A stretch of 64,000 bases of DNA from Ignavibacteriota bacterium (GTDB lineage: Bacteria; Bacteroidota; Ignavibacteria; UBA10030; CAVZMI01), in the NCBI GenBank assembly GCA_963776275.1, contig CAVZMI010000005.1:32001-96000 (forward strand), written 5' to 3'. Of this stretch, positions 11,295 to 23,171 are shown piece by piece. Each line of letters begins with the position of its first letter. The first letter of the stretch is position 1. Under the pieces are notes generated by a model, which was not told where the DNA came from, ran no database searches, and saw only the letters and a list, made by a program, of their open reading frames with translations. Position numbers and translations under genes: made by a program.

Positions 11295-14200
11295 ATGTAT
11301 CTCTCGAAGCTCGAAATCGTCGGATTCAAATCATTTGCCAACAAGACCGCGATGCGATTCGACGCAGGAATAACAGCTATTGTCGGTCCGAATGGTTGCG
11401 GCAAAACGAATGTTGTGGACGCAATACGCTGGGCATTGGGTGAACAAAAAGTTACGACGCTGCGAAGCGATAAAATGGAAGACGTAATTTTTAACGGAAC
11501 ACGCAATCGCAAGCCGCTTGGAATGTCCGAAGTCTCGCTCTCAATAGAAAACACCAGGGGTATATTACCGACCGAATATTCAGAAGTAACGATATCGCGA
11601 AGATTGTTCAGGTCCGGCGAGAGCGAATATCTTATCAATATGACTCCATGCCGACTCAAAGATATAATCGATCTATTTATGGACACAGGTATGGGAGCTG
11701 ATGCCTATTCGGTCATCGAACTGAAAATGATAGAGGTGATTCTGAGCGATAAAACCGAAGAACGGCGGAAACTATTCGAAGAAGCAGCCGGCGTTACAAA
11801 ATATAAACAGCGGCGGAAATCAGCCTACAGAAAACTGGAGAGTGTGCAACAGGATTTACTCCGTGTCAATGATATTGTCAAAGAAGTCCAGAAGGCGGTC
11901 AACTCCCTTGAACGCCAGGCGAAGAAAGCGGAACAATATAACGAGATTGCCGCACGGTTAAGAACCCTTGAAATCGATCTTTTCGAGCATGAGTATGCTC
12001 AGCTCATCGCATTCACAAAACCCCTGCAGGAAAAACTTACAATTGCTCTTGATGATAAAAACCATATTGACGAAGAACTTTCACGGCAGGAGGCTCTTCA
12101 CGAGGTTCTGCAGGGTGAACTTGTCGCTCTTGAATCGAAACTTATCGATGCCCAGCGCGGGCTTTCACTGCAACTTGAACGTATTCGAAATGTCGAGCAG
12201 CGGAATCTAGTCGCCGCCGAGCAGGCGAAATCTCTAACTGCAAATATCAGCCGGTACGAACAGGAAAAGATAGATCTGACAAATCAACGGGTTCGTCTCA
12301 TCGATGAAAAACGGGAAACTCACAGGAAACGAGAGGCGGTGCATCAAGAGCTCAATGGCAGAGAGGCTGACTATACAACACGAAAAGAAGAACTCGACCG
12401 TTTCGAAGAAAAACTTCTGAGAAAGAAAACCGAGGTAAAAGCCGTTCATGAACCGGGCCATTGAATATGTGCATCGGATTAGCGAAAAAAAGGGGGAACA
12501 GGAAAGGCTGAAATCCCGGATCGAGAATATTAGGGGCCGCGTCGAACATCTTCAGGAAGAAAGTACCTATTATAAAGAAGATATAAAAGAAAAAAATGAG
12601 CTTGTCGGACGATTGAGCAATGAAGATCGTGAACTCCGGAAACAATATGCGGGTGCGCAGGTCCGGTTGAGCAGTATTGAAAATCTCCGCCAGCAGCTCA
12701 AAAATGAAATTGATGAGCTTCGTAATTCCGAATTGGAATTGCGGGCACAGATCGACAGGAAAACGTCGCGTATCGAATTCCTTCAGGGTCTGATCGAACG
12801 GCATGAAGGAATGACCGACGGTGCGAAGTATCTGCTGACATCGGCGGAATCGGACTCCGCAAGTCAAATCACCCTTGGTGATACGATTACGACCGATGAG
12901 CGTTACCGCATCGCTGTGGAGGCCGCCCTCGGCAATAGTACACATTTTCTCGTAGTGAATTCGGTTGAGGATGCATATCGCGGAATCCATATGCTGAAGC
13001 AAGTCAGGCAGGGGAAGGCGACGTTCATCTGCCTCGACAGGATTCCGGCCGTAAGATTGCAGAAAGTGCTTCCCGATAATCAGGGAGTCTATGGTTGGCT
13101 TGCCGATGTGATCACATGCGATCTGCAATATTATAATCTCCTTCACTATCTCCTCGAAGGGATCGTTCTTGTCGAAAATATTGACGTGGCGAAAGCCTGT
13201 CTCGATCAATCCACCGGTAGCAGTATTGCTGCGTGTGCGACACTCGACGGCGAAGTAATCAGTCACGATGGTGTCGTCAAAGGAGGAAGTCTTCGCCAGG
13301 ACGAAGGCGGACTCATCGGAACGAAATCACAGGTCAAGGAGTTGCAGCGCGAACTTAGCGCACTTCAGAAGAAACTCGGCGAAACACAGACTTCGATCGA
13401 AGAGAAACAACGACAGCAAAACGAAATCGACACCTCATCGAATGTCGGCGAAGTGAAGAATATAGAGAAAGAAATGACCGCTGTCGAGATGCGAATTGCC
13501 CAGGTAGAGTTTGAAAAAAAACGTGCCGGCGATTCGATCCGGCGCAATGAAGAAGAGTGTGATAAGCTTCAGCAGGAGATCGCAACTATAGAAACTCCTC
13601 TTTCGGAATTTACTCCGTTGATCAATCAGCTGGAGAAAGAACGATCGGAGGCCGAACGAAATCTTGGTGTCGCCCAGAATGAGCTTGAAAAACTGGAAGC
13701 GGACTGGGACAGGCATTCAAAAATTGTTAACGATCTCAGCGTTCAGATTGCAACACTCAAAGGAGAAGAGCGTAACCTGACCCGCGAGAGCGAACATGCC
13801 GATGAAACAATGAACGATATTCAAATGATGCTTGAAAAGCGTGATACTGATATCGACCTCGCCAGAAAAGAGATTCACCAGCGGGAAACCGAGCAGGAGA
13901 AGAATCTGCGAATTCTTAAGGATCTGAAGGCCGAATTTGAGGCCGGTGAAGGCAAACGTGACAATGTTCAGCGTGAGTACATCGCAAAAAAGGATGAAAT
14001 TCATTCCCTACAGATGAGAATCCGGGATGAGCGGCAACTGCACGATTCATCGATGAATAGTACACACGAACTGGAAATGAAAATTTCAGAGCTGACAATG
14101 AAGGCCGAACATCTGGTTCAACGGGCCAAGCAGGAGCTGGACGTTCGATCTCATCTTGAAAGTCTATCCGGAAGAAAAACAGTTCGATTTTACCGGTGTG

Positions 14201-14860
14201 AATGACGACATACGCGCATTGAAAGACAGACTCCGCTCGCTCGGCTCTGTCAACTTTGCTGCATTTGAAGAATATACGACGGAAAAAGAACGTTACGAAT
14301 TTCTTGAAGCCCAGCGGAGCGATCTGTGGGAAGCTGAGAAAACACTGCTCAATACAATCGAAGAGATCAATGCCACAGCGCAACAAAAATTTAACGACAC
14401 ATTTGCACAGATTAGGGAAAATTTCATTGCCATTTTTAAAGGATTATTTGAAGAAGGCGATGAATGCGATCTGAAACTCGAAGATCACATCGATCCGCTC
14501 GAAGCAAGGATTGAAATCACTGCGAAACCGAGAGGGAAACGACCGACTTCGATTGACCTGCTTTCCGGCGGTGAAAAGACACTGACGGCTATCGCCTTGT
14601 TATTCGCGATTTATCTGGTGAAGCCGAGTCCTTTCTGTATTCTCGATGAAGTGGATGCACCGCTTGATGATTCGAATATCGATCGATTCGTGCGCATTAT
14701 CAGACGGTTCAGCGATAACACACAGTTCATTATCGTAACGCACAATAAAAGGACAATGGAATCGGCAAACGCCATGTACGGTGTAACGATGGAAGAAGAA
14801 GGCGTATCGAAACTTGTATCGGTTCGATTTAAAGAAGGAGCGACAGTATCAGCAGAATAA
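11295..14860 (+). CDS. smc: Chromosome segregation protein SMC; two frameshifts (~12450, ~14150), probably sequence errors
   Basis: GFKSF and GPNGCGKTN (Walker A) in ORF 1; hinge (AVEAALG, GKATFI, TLDGE) in ORF 2; LSGGEK and LDEVDAPLD in ORF 3. Confidence 0.93.
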
Positions 14861-14861
14861 A

Positions 14862-15593
14862 ATGGCATATTCGTTGAAGATTTTTTGTGATTTTGACGGT
14901 ACGGTTGCGGCCAATGACGTTGGCAGAAGATTTTTTGAGACATTCGGAAACGAGGAAATCCCGAAGATCTTTGAGGATCTCTATAAAGGGATTATTACTC
15001 CCAGGGAGTGCTACAATAGAGAGTTTGCAGCGCTGCACGGACTGACGCTGGCATCGTTTGAGGAGTTTGTCCGGAAACAAGCAATTGATCCGCATTTCAA
15101 GGAATTTGTCGAATTCTGTCGTGAACGAAAGATCGATTGCTGGGTCCTGAGCGACGGATTCGATTTTTATATCGAACGGATCCTCGCGCGATTCGAATTG
15201 AAGGATGTACCGTTTTTTTCAAATCACCTTGTGTACTCAATTAGACAGGATTCGGACGAGTTGCTGGTTGAGCCGCAATTCCCATTTACCGACAGTGAAT
15301 GTGATCGCTGTGCAAACTGCAAACGGAATCATATGCTGACACTGTCGGGCGATGACGATATTATCGTCTATGTTGGAGATGGAATCTCCGATCGCTGTCC
15401 TGTACGGTATTCGGATATCGTGTTCGCAAAAGAAGAGCTTGTGAAATATTGCCAGGAAGAAAATATTACTTATTTCGAGTATAGAACATTCCGTGAAGTG
15501 ATAAATCGTCTCACAGAATTGCTCGGGCGGAAACGTTTAAAAAAACGCAGGGAAGCTGAAGTATGCAGGCGCGATGTCTTTGTACAGGGATAA
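14862..15593 (+). CDS. MtnX-like HAD-IB family phosphatase
   Basis: FCDFDGT, SDGFDFYI, CANCK and YVGDGISDRC motifs. Confidence 0.85.
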   Translation: MAYSLKIFCDFDGTVAANDVGRRFFETFGNEEIPKIFEDLYKGIITPRECYNREFAALHGLTLASFEEFVRKQAIDPHFKEFVEFCRERKIDCWVLSDGFDFYIERILARFELKDVPFFSNHLVYSIRQDSDELLVEPQFPFTDSECDRCANCKRNHMLTLSGDDDIIVYVGDGISDRCPVRYSDIVFAKEELVKYCQEENITYFEYRTFREVINRLTELLGRKRLKKRREAEVCRRDVFVQG

Positions 15594-15597
15594 TATC

Positions 15598-16185
15598 ATG
15601 GATCTCCGAAAGGTATTATTTACTTACAGAAGCTACACGCCGATCCCTTTTCTGGTTGTGATGGTTCTCTGGGCGCATCCGACACTCGGAAGCCTTCTCG
15701 GAGGATTTTCTCTTGCACTCTTTGGAGAAACCTTACGGTTCTGGGGAGTCTCCATTGCAGGAAGCGAAACACGGACAACAGGAACAGTCGGCGCGAGTCG
15801 GCTGATTGTGGGCGCACCGTTTGCATATGTCCGTAATCCGCTTTATATCGGAAATATTATACTGTATTGTGGTATCGGCATCATGGCAAATGCGCTGTTG
15901 CCCTGGTTGCTTATCATCGCTTTCGTGTACTTCGTGTTTCAATATCTGATGATTGTTTCGAGCGAGGAGGAATACCTTGCACAGAATTTTGGCAAAGAAT
16001 ATACAGAGTATATGCGAAATGTTCCACGGTTTATTCCACGGTTTGTCCCCTGGGTGTCGGAACAACAAAAAGGGCAATCTGCGGATATACACCGCGGGTT
16101 ACAATCGGAGCGAAGAACTCTTCAGGCAGTTGCTCTCATCACGCTCCTGCTTATTTTGATCGGGCTCATACGAGGCGGGGCATGA
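15598..16185 (+). CDS. Isoprenylcysteine carboxyl methyltransferase (ICMT/PEMT)-family membrane methyltransferase
   Basis: TM segments with GETLRFW, PFAYVRNPLYIGN and EEEYL...FG..Y..Y...VPRFIP motifs. Confidence 0.85.
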   Translation: MDLRKVLFTYRSYTPIPFLVVMVLWAHPTLGSLLGGFSLALFGETLRFWGVSIAGSETRTTGTVGASRLIVGAPFAYVRNPLYIGNIILYCGIGIMANALLPWLLIIAFVYFVFQYLMIVSSEEEYLAQNFGKEYTEYMRNVPRFIPRFVPWVSEQQKGQSADIHRGLQSERRTLQAVALITLLLILIGLIRGGA

Positions 16186-17318
16186 TCAATCGTGTTCTTA
16201 TTGTTGCGGGTGATCCATCGGGCGATCTTCATGGTGCAGGGGTTGTCGATGAACTCCGCCGCCGTCTCCCGGATATCGATCTATACGGAATCGGCGGTAA
16301 CAGGATGAAAAATGCGGGAATGGAATTAATATACAATGCGAATGACCTCTCTTTCATGGGATTCGCTGAGGTTGTGAAACATTTACCGTTCATCCGTCAG
16401 GTCGAGAAAAGTCTTGAGGGATATCTTGTCTCGCGGCGCCCGGATATTGTCCTGTTAATCGACTATCCCGGATTCAACCTGCGATTTGCCCGGAGAGTGA
16501 AGAATCATGGAATTCCGGCGGTTTATTATATCAGTCCGCAGGTGTGGGCCTGGGGCAAAAGAAGATTGAAGAAAATGAAGCATGTAATCGATAAAATGCT
16601 CGTCGTTTTCCCTTTTGAGAAGGAGTTATACGAGAATGAACGTATCCCCGCGGAGTTTGTGGGTCATCCTCTGCTCGATGTCATGCGCGTGAGATTGACG
16701 CGTGCTGAATTTTTTTCAGAACAAAGATTCGATAACGGGGATAAATTACTGGGGCTGTTTCCTGGAAGCCGCGCACAAGAAATCGAACGAATGCTTCCGG
16801 TGATGCTGGATGCGGTGCAATTGATACGCGAGCATCACAATATACAGGTTGCAGTGAGCAAGGCCCCGAATCTGCCGGCTGAATGTTATCGGAATTTTCT
16901 GTGCCGCTCACCGGACGCACGATTGGTGGAAGATAGAACATACGAGTTGATGAAATATTCGGATGCGGCAATTGTGACATCGGGGACGGCGACCCTCGAG
17001 ACTGCGTGTTTCGAAACACCAATGGTGGTTGTGTACAAAGCTTCACGGATTTCGTATTTTATCGGCCGGTTATTGGTGTCGGTGAAAAGCATCGGACTTG
17101 TGAATATCGTCGCCGGCAAAAGGATTGTTCCGGAACTTATCCAGCATGAAGCAAATGCTGAAGCAATTGCGTTTAATATAAATCAGTTTTTTGATAAACC
17201 GCTCCTCGCCGCAGAGATAAGAAGTGAACTTGCGAAAGTCAAGGGAAAACTCGGTGTTCCAGGGGCGGCGGGAAGAGTTGCTGAAACACTTATTAATTTT
17301 CGGCTCAACCGGGGTTGA
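16182..17318 (+). CDS. lpxB: Lipid-A-disaccharide synthase
   Basis: VAGDPSGDLHG, IDYPGFN, YISPQVWAW, PGSRAQE and SGTATLE motifs. ATGA overlap with the upstream stop. Confidence 0.95.
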   Translation: MINRVLIVAGDPSGDLHGAGVVDELRRRLPDIDLYGIGGNRMKNAGMELIYNANDLSFMGFAEVVKHLPFIRQVEKSLEGYLVSRRPDIVLLIDYPGFNLRFARRVKNHGIPAVYYISPQVWAWGKRRLKKMKHVIDKMLVVFPFEKELYENERIPAEFVGHPLLDVMRVRLTRAEFFSEQRFDNGDKLLGLFPGSRAQEIERMLPVMLDAVQLIREHHNIQVAVSKAPNLPAECYRNFLCRSPDARLVEDRTYELMKYSDAAIVTSGTATLETACFETPMVVVYKASRISYFIGRLLVSVKSIGLVNIVAGKRIVPELIQHEANAEAIAFNINQFFDKPLLAAEIRSELAKVKGKLGVPGAAGRVAETLINFRLNRG

Positions 17319-17365
17319 AATAAAATCGGAGTGGTTAACAATCGATAAGCAATGGCAGTCGTGAC

Positions 17366-18481
17366 GTGAAAATCATTCTGACGCGGAAGCTTGTCTCTGC
17401 CCGTCCGCCTGTTTTTAAAGAGCGAACTGGCGAACGCCGTTGGCTGAGCGGGGCACTGATTCCGATTTCGTTGTTGTACGGTCTAATCATCATGTTGCGA
17501 AACTGGCTCTATGATCATGAGTTTCTACGATCAGTTGATGTCGGAGTACCGGTAATCTCGATTGGGAATATCACGGTTGGGGGTACTGGAAAAACTCCAC
17601 TGGTTGGATTGATTGCTTCACAATTGTGCAGAGAAGGGAAGCGCGTTGCGATTGTAAGCCGAGGCTACAGACGAAAATCAGCGGGTCCGGTAATTGTTAG
17701 TAACGGCAATGCCATCCTTGCTGATGCTGTGCAGGGAGGGGATGAGTCTGTAGAACTTGCTATAAAAGTTCCGGCGGCCATGGTTGCAGTAGATACAAGA
17801 AGGGTTCGGGTGAGCCGGATGATCGTCCAACAAGGAAAACCCGATGTGATTCTGATGGATGACGGGTTTCAGCATCGCGCGCTTTATCGCAATTGCGATT
17901 GTGTCGTCGTTGATGCTAATATGTTGCCGGACGAAACTCGGATTCTTCCTGCCGGGATGCGGCGGGAACCTCTACGGTCGCTGGAAAGAGTCGATGTATT
18001 TATTCTTTCAAAATGGCAGGAGGGAATCGACACGGAAAAAGTCCGGGCATGTCTGCATCGGTACTCTGACGCTCCGGTCGTGGTGTGCCGTTATGTTCCA
18101 ATAATGTTGCATGACATGATCAATAACATTGCCATGAATGTCGGTCAAGCCCGTGGACGACAGGGTATTGCGTTCTGCGGCATCGGATCTCCGGAGACAT
18201 TCTATCGGACACTAGGTGAACTGGGGGTTTCGATTGTATCGGTAGTTCAATTTGCCGATCATCACTATTACACTGCGAGTGATATAAAAAAAATTGTCGA
18301 ACTTGCATATGCTCAGGGAGCGGAGATGATTTTTACCACCGAGAAGGATGTAGTGCGGTTATCGGGGTCGTTAATGAAGGGATTCAAGACAGAAGTGCCG
18401 CTGGTAACCGTCGAAATGGCTGTGAGATTCGTCGAAGGGGAAGACCTTCTCTGGTCGAGGCTGCGGAAGGTGATGCAATGA
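17366..18481 (+). CDS. lpxK: Tetraacyldisaccharide 4'-kinase (start uncertain)
   Basis: GNITVGGTGKTP, SRGY, DDGFQH, LPAG.RREP, FADHH and TTEKD motifs. Confidence 0.95.
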   Translation: MKIILTRKLVSARPPVFKERTGERRWLSGALIPISLLYGLIIMLRNWLYDHEFLRSVDVGVPVISIGNITVGGTGKTPLVGLIASQLCREGKRVAIVSRGYRRKSAGPVIVSNGNAILADAVQGGDESVELAIKVPAAMVAVDTRRVRVSRMIVQQGKPDVILMDDGFQHRALYRNCDCVVVDANMLPDETRILPAGMRREPLRSLERVDVFILSKWQEGIDTEKVRACLHRYSDAPVVVCRYVPIMLHDMINNIAMNVGQARGRQGIAFCGIGSPETFYRTLGELGVSIVSVVQFADHHYYTASDIKKIVELAYAQGAEMIFTTEKDVVRLSGSLMKGFKTEVPLVTVEMAVRFVEGEDLLWSRLRKVMQ

Positions 18482-19238
18482 ACGTCAATCCGGAGCGTAT
18501 GGTGATCGGGGTGACGGACTGCGGTGTGAAGTTCGAGAACTATACACGCTGGCTTGAAACATCGGCCCGGCAAATGCAGATCATAAGGCTTTCCGTAGCA
18601 TTGCACAATTACGGTGAAGTGGATCGATGTGATGGGGTATTGCTGACCGGCGGTGGTGATATTCATCCAAAGTTTTTTGGTAAACCGGATGCTGTTGAAG
18701 AACTCGATCCGAAGGAGGTTGATGAATACCGGGACGAGTTTGAGCTCAAGATCACAGAACGGTTAGTCAGGCGGGATATTCCGCTGCTCGGTATTTGCCG
18801 GGGGTTGCAGGTTGTCAATATATATCATGGTGGAGATATTATTCTCGATCTGATGAAATTCGGGAAGAAGGAACACGGGACGATCAATGGTTCCGGCGAC
18901 CCGGCTCAACTGAGTAATAGGGAGCAGGTGGAAAGTCGGGATCGGATGCACCAGATCGTCGTTGAACCCGGTTCACGGTTACAGGCCTATGTCCGGGCAA
19001 CACAGGGAGTTGTCAATAGCTCGCATCATCAAGCAGTCGGCCGTGTGGGCAAAGAGCTTCGCAGCACGGCATGGTCCAACGACGGTGTGATCGAAGCGCT
19101 CGAATCAGCAGAGACCGCGGAAATTTTTTGCTGCTTGTTCAGTGGCATCCTGAGCGTTTGGCGGTGGAGAATACATTCTCGATGGGTGTGCGTGATGGGT
19201 TTCTGGATGCCGCCAGGCAGTATGCGCTGGCGCATTGA
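18478..19238 (+). CDS. Class I glutamine amidotransferase, peptidase C26/PuuD-like; frameshift at ~19120
   Basis: LTGGGDI, LGICRGLQ and VNSSHHQAV motifs. The catalytic VQWHPE lies in the -1 frame, which ends at TGA 19238. Confidence 0.85.
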
Positions 19239-19310
19239 CAGAACTAGTTTAGTAATTCATTGATGAATAAAAAAAGCACGTCTTACTGATTTAAGGAAGG
19301 ATACAAAAAC

Positions 19311-22091
19311 ATGGCACATAAGTATGTTTACTTTTTTGGAGGGAAGAAGGCGGAAGGAAAGGCGGTTATGAAGAATCTCCTCGGAGGAAAAGGTGCAAAC
19401 CTTGCCGAGATGGTGAATATCGGTCTCCCCGTCCCGCCGGGATTTACAATGACGACCGAAGTATGCATATACTACTACTCGAATAAGAGATCATATCCGA
19501 AATCTTTGCAGAAGGAAGTTGTTGCGGCTTTGAAGAAAGTCGAAAAGGAAATGGGTGCGAAATTTGGCGACCCGAAAAACCCGCTTCTCGTCTCCGTTCG
19601 TTCGGGCGCACGCGCTTCAATGCCCGGCATGATGGATACTATTCTAAATCTCGGTTTGAACGATCGAACGGTCGAAGGATTGATTGAGAAAACCGGAAAT
19701 CCGCGTTTTGCCTACGATTCATATCGCCGTTTCGTTTCGATGTACGGTGATGTTGTTCTGGGTTTGAAACCGCAGCATAAAGATGAAATCGATCCGTTCG
19801 AAGAAATTCTTGAAGCAAAGAAAAATGCCCGCGGTATCAAACTCGATACCGAGCTTACGGCTGATGATCTTAAAGAGCTCGTTGCAGAGTATAAAAAGGC
19901 CATCAAGGAACGTACCGGACATGATTTCCCTGAAAATCCGATGAAACAGTTGTGGGGAGCTGTCGGTGCGGTTTTCGGGTCGTGGATGAACGAACGTGCC
20001 GTCGCATATCGGAAAATGTACGATATCCCGGCGTCTTGGGGTACGGCCGTCAACGTGCAGTCGATGGTATTCGGTAACATGGGTGACGACTCCGGTACCG
20101 GCGTGGCATTCACACGCGATGCTTCAACTGGCGAGAATGTTTTCTATGGCGAATTTTTGATGAACGCACAGGGTGAAGACGTTGTGGCCGGGATACGAAC
20201 GCCCCTGCCGATTGCGAAACTGGCTGTTGAAAATCCAAAGATCTATGCTCAACTTGAAAAAATCCGTCAGGCTCTTGAAAAACATTATAAGGACATGATG
20301 GATATAGAATTTACAATTCAACAGGGAAAATTGTACATGCTTCAATGCCGTGTCGGCAAGCGAACGGCATTTGCAGCAATCAAGATTGCGGTCGACATGG
20401 TTGGCGATAAGCTCATCGACGATAAAGAGGCTCTTCGTCGAATCGAACCAGATCAATTGAACCAGCTCCTCCGTCCTGTCTTCGATCAGAAGCAGAAAGA
20501 AGAGGCAATAAACTCCGGTCGTCTGATCGCAGTAGGATTGAACGCCGGTCCGGGTGCCGCATACGGCCGCGTTGTGTTCAACGCGCCCGACGCCGAAGAA
20601 TGGAAATCGCGCGGCGAGAAAGTAATCCTCGTCCGTATCGAAACTTCACCTGAAGATATCAAAGGAATGAATGCAGCCGAAGGTGTTCTCACAGCACGCG
20701 GCGGTATGACGTTGCATGCTGCACTCGTTGCACGTCAAATGGGGAAAGTATGCGTTGCAGGTTGTTCGGTTCTCGAGATCGATTATTCGAAACATATCAT
20801 GAAAATAGCCGGCCGTAAAGAAGCCGTGAAAGAAGGCGATTATATTTCTTTGGACGGTTCGAAGGGCGAAGTAATCCTCGGTCAGGTACAAACGAGGAAC
20901 TCGGAGGTAATCCAGGTTCTCATTGAAAAATCGTTAATACCCGCTCAGGCTCCTATCTATCAGCAGTATGCAAAAATCATGTCATGGGCCGACAAATATC
21001 GTAAGCTCAAAATTCGTACGAATGCCGATCAGCCCGATCAATCGGCCAATGCCGTTGCGTTCGGTGCCGAGGGTATCGGTCTCTGCCGCACGGAGCATAT
21101 GTTCTTCGGTGAGGGTAAAATTGAACCGATGCGCGAGATGATTCTCGCGGATACGCCCGAGCAGCGCAAAACCGCACTTGCCAAATTATTGCCGCTGCAG
21201 CGTGTGGATTTCGAGGGAATTTTCGAGGTAATGGACGGGCGTCCTGTTACAATACGCACTATCGATCCGCCGTTGCATGAATTTGTTCCGCACGAAGAGA
21301 AAGCGCAGCGTGAACTCGCAATGCAGATGAATGTACCGTATGAGAAAGTACACCAGCGTGTCGAGGAATTGCACGAATTTAATCCCATGCTTGGTTTCCG
21401 CGGATGCCGTCTTGGTATCATTTATCCTGAGATCACGGAAATGCAGGCGCGTGCAATCTTCGAAGCCACGGCAAATGTCATTGCACACGGTAAGAAGGTG
21501 GAACCCGAGGTGATGATTCCGCTTGTCGGCAATGTGAAGGAATTAATTAATCAGGAACAGATTGTTCGGCGCGTTGCAGCAGAAGTGATGGCTGAAAAGA
21601 AAATCAAGTTCAAATACCTTGTCGGAACAATGATCGAAATTCCGCGTGGTGCACTGACTGCCGATGAAATTGCGGGTGTTGCGGAATTTTTCAGTTTCGG
21701 TACAAACGATTTGACGCAGACTACTCTCGGTGTGAGCCGTGATGATGCGGCACGATTTCTTATTCCATACGTGGGAATGGAAATCTATCCGAAGGATCCG
21801 TTCGATTCACTCGATATCGTCGGTGTCGGTCAGTTAATGGAGATCGCATTGAAGAAAGGACGTTCTGTTCGTCCGGATCTTAAGGTCGGTATATGCGGCG
21901 AACATGGAGGTGATCCGGCGAGTATTGAATTCTGTCATAAAATAAAACAGAATTATGTGAGCTGCTCACCGTTCCGTGTGCCGATTGCGCGCCTGGCAGC
22001 CGCTCGCGCTGCTTTGAAAGATATCGCGCCGATGAAAAAAGTGAAGAAGGCGGCGCTGCACAGACAAGCGAAAAAAGCGCGGAGAAAATAA
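19311..22091 (+). CDS. ppdK: Pyruvate, phosphate dikinase
   Basis: [49 protein letters not shown] and GICGEHGG motifs. Confidence 0.98.
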   Translation: MAHKYVYFFGGKKAEGKAVMKNLLGGKGANLAEMVNIGLPVPPGFTMTTEVCIYYYSNKRSYPKSLQKEVVAALKKVEKEMGAKFGDPKNPLLVSVRSGARASMPGMMDTILNLGLNDRTVEGLIEKTGNPRFAYDSYRRFVSMYGDVVLGLKPQHKDEIDPFEEILEAKKNARGIKLDTELTADDLKELVAEYKKAIKERTGHDFPENPMKQLWGAVGAVFGSWMNERAVAYRKMYDIPASWGTAVNVQSMVFGNMGDDSGTGVAFTRDASTGENVFYGEFLMNAQGEDVVAGIRTPLPIAKLAVENPKIYAQLEKIRQALEKHYKDMMDIEFTIQQGKLYMLQCRVGKRTAFAAIKIAVDMVGDKLIDDKEALRRIEPDQLNQLLRPVFDQKQKEEAINSGRLIAVGLNAGPGAAYGRVVFNAPDAEEWKSRGEKVILVRIETSPEDIKGMNAAEGVLTARGGMTLHAALVARQMGKVCVAGCSVLEIDYSKHIMKIAGRKEAVKEGDYISLDGSKGEVILGQVQTRNSEVIQVLIEKSLIPAQAPIYQQYAKIMSWADKYRKLKIRTNADQPDQSANAVAFGAEGIGLCRTEHMFFGEGKIEPMREMILADTPEQRKTALAKLLPLQRVDFEGIFEVMDGRPVTIRTIDPPLHEFVPHEEKAQRELAMQMNVPYEKVHQRVEELHEFNPMLGFRGCRLGIIYPEITEMQARAIFEATANVIAHGKKVEPEVMIPLVGNVKELINQEQIVRRVAAEVMAEKKIKFKYLVGTMIEIPRGALTADEIAGVAEFFSFGTNDLTQTTLGVSRDDAARFLIPYVGMEIYPKDPFDSLDIVGVGQLMEIALKKGRSVRPDLKVGICGEHGGDPASIEFCHKIKQNYVSCSPFRVPIARLAAARAALKDIAPMKKVKKAALHRQAKKARRK

Positions 22092-22129
22092 GATACGATG
22101 TGTAATGCACAACACAGGAGAGTATCTCC

Positions 22130-23167
22130 ATGAAGCTATCGGATTTTAAATATCCATTGCCACGGAACCTCATCGCTAAGTATCCGGCAAACCCGCGGGA
22201 TCACTCACGATTAATGGTTCTGAACAGGGCGGATGAGTCGATTACCGAGCTTCGATTTCATGAAATCACCAGATTTTTTAAAAAGGGGGATTGTCTGGTA
22301 GTCAATGAAACCCGGGTGTTCCCTGCCCGTCTTTTTGGCAGGAAAGAAAAAACGAATGCAAAGATTGAAGTGTTTCTTCTGCGTGAACTCAATATCGAAG
22401 AAAGCATCTGGGATGTAATCGTTGATCCTGCCCGAAAAGTGCGAATCGGGAATAAAATATTTTTTGACAACGGGAGACTCTGGTGCGAAGTGATCGACAA
22501 TACCACATCTCGGGGACGAACCGTACGGTTTAATTACAAAGGCGATTTTTTTAGATTGATCGATCGGATCGGACAAACGCCGTTGCCTTATTACATCAGG
22601 CGCGAGCCGACCGAGAAAGATAAAGAAACCTACCAGACCGTATTTGCCCGCGTCGTCGGTGCGGTTGCCGCCCCGACAGCCGGGCTCCATTTTACCAAAC
22701 GACTGTTGAATCAGTTGAAGAAAAAAGATGTTCGGATCGTACCGCTGATTCTTCATGTCGGACTAGGAACGTTCCGAAATGTCGAGGTGGAAGATCTCAC
22801 GAAACATAAAATGGATTCCGAGTACTATGAAATATCCCCAGAGACATCGACCATCATAAACAGGACAATCGATAACAAAGGGACAGTCTACGTGGTAGGA
22901 ACAAGTTGTGTCCGCGCCCTTGAATCGAGCGTTACCAGCGATGGACATGTAAAACCGACAAGAGGCTGGACCGACAAGTTCATCTATCCGCCGTATGATT
23001 TCAAGATTGTGGACCGCCTGATCACGAATTTTCATATGCCGGAATCGACCCTGCTTATGCTGGTGAGCGCATTTGCAAATCGTGATTTCATTGTAAAGGC
23101 GTACAAAATTGCCGTGAAAAAAGGATATAGATTTTACAGTTATGGCGATGCAATGATGGTTCTCTAA
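22130..23167 (+). CDS. queA: S-adenosylmethionine:tRNA ribosyltransferase-isomerase
   Basis: YQTVFA, GAVAAPTAGLHF, LHVGLGTF, TNFH.PEST and FYSYGDAM motifs. Confidence 0.97.
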   Translation: MKLSDFKYPLPRNLIAKYPANPRDHSRLMVLNRADESITELRFHEITRFFKKGDCLVVNETRVFPARLFGRKEKTNAKIEVFLLRELNIEESIWDVIVDPARKVRIGNKIFFDNGRLWCEVIDNTTSRGRTVRFNYKGDFFRLIDRIGQTPLPYYIRREPTEKDKETYQTVFARVVGAVAAPTAGLHFTKRLLNQLKKKDVRIVPLILHVGLGTFRNVEVEDLTKHKMDSEYYEISPETSTIINRTIDNKGTVYVVGTSCVRALESSVTSDGHVKPTRGWTDKFIYPPYDFKIVDRLITNFHMPESTLLMLVSAFANRDFIVKAYKIAVKKGYRFYSYGDAMMVL

Positions 23168-23171
23168 TATA

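Noticed and set aside
12440-14165. Programmed frameshifting or a naturally split smc
   Set aside because: No slippery heptamer at either junction, and similar single-base lesions occur in many unrelated genes, so sequence error is more likely.
6317-14386. Long antisense ORFs (e.g. 6317-7015, 12352-13266, 13916-14386)
   Set aside because: Shadow frames of well-supported + strand genes, with no motifs.
15867-16181. N-terminal extension of the lpxB ORF
   Set aside because: It overlaps the methyltransferase gene; LpxB homology begins at ATG 16182.
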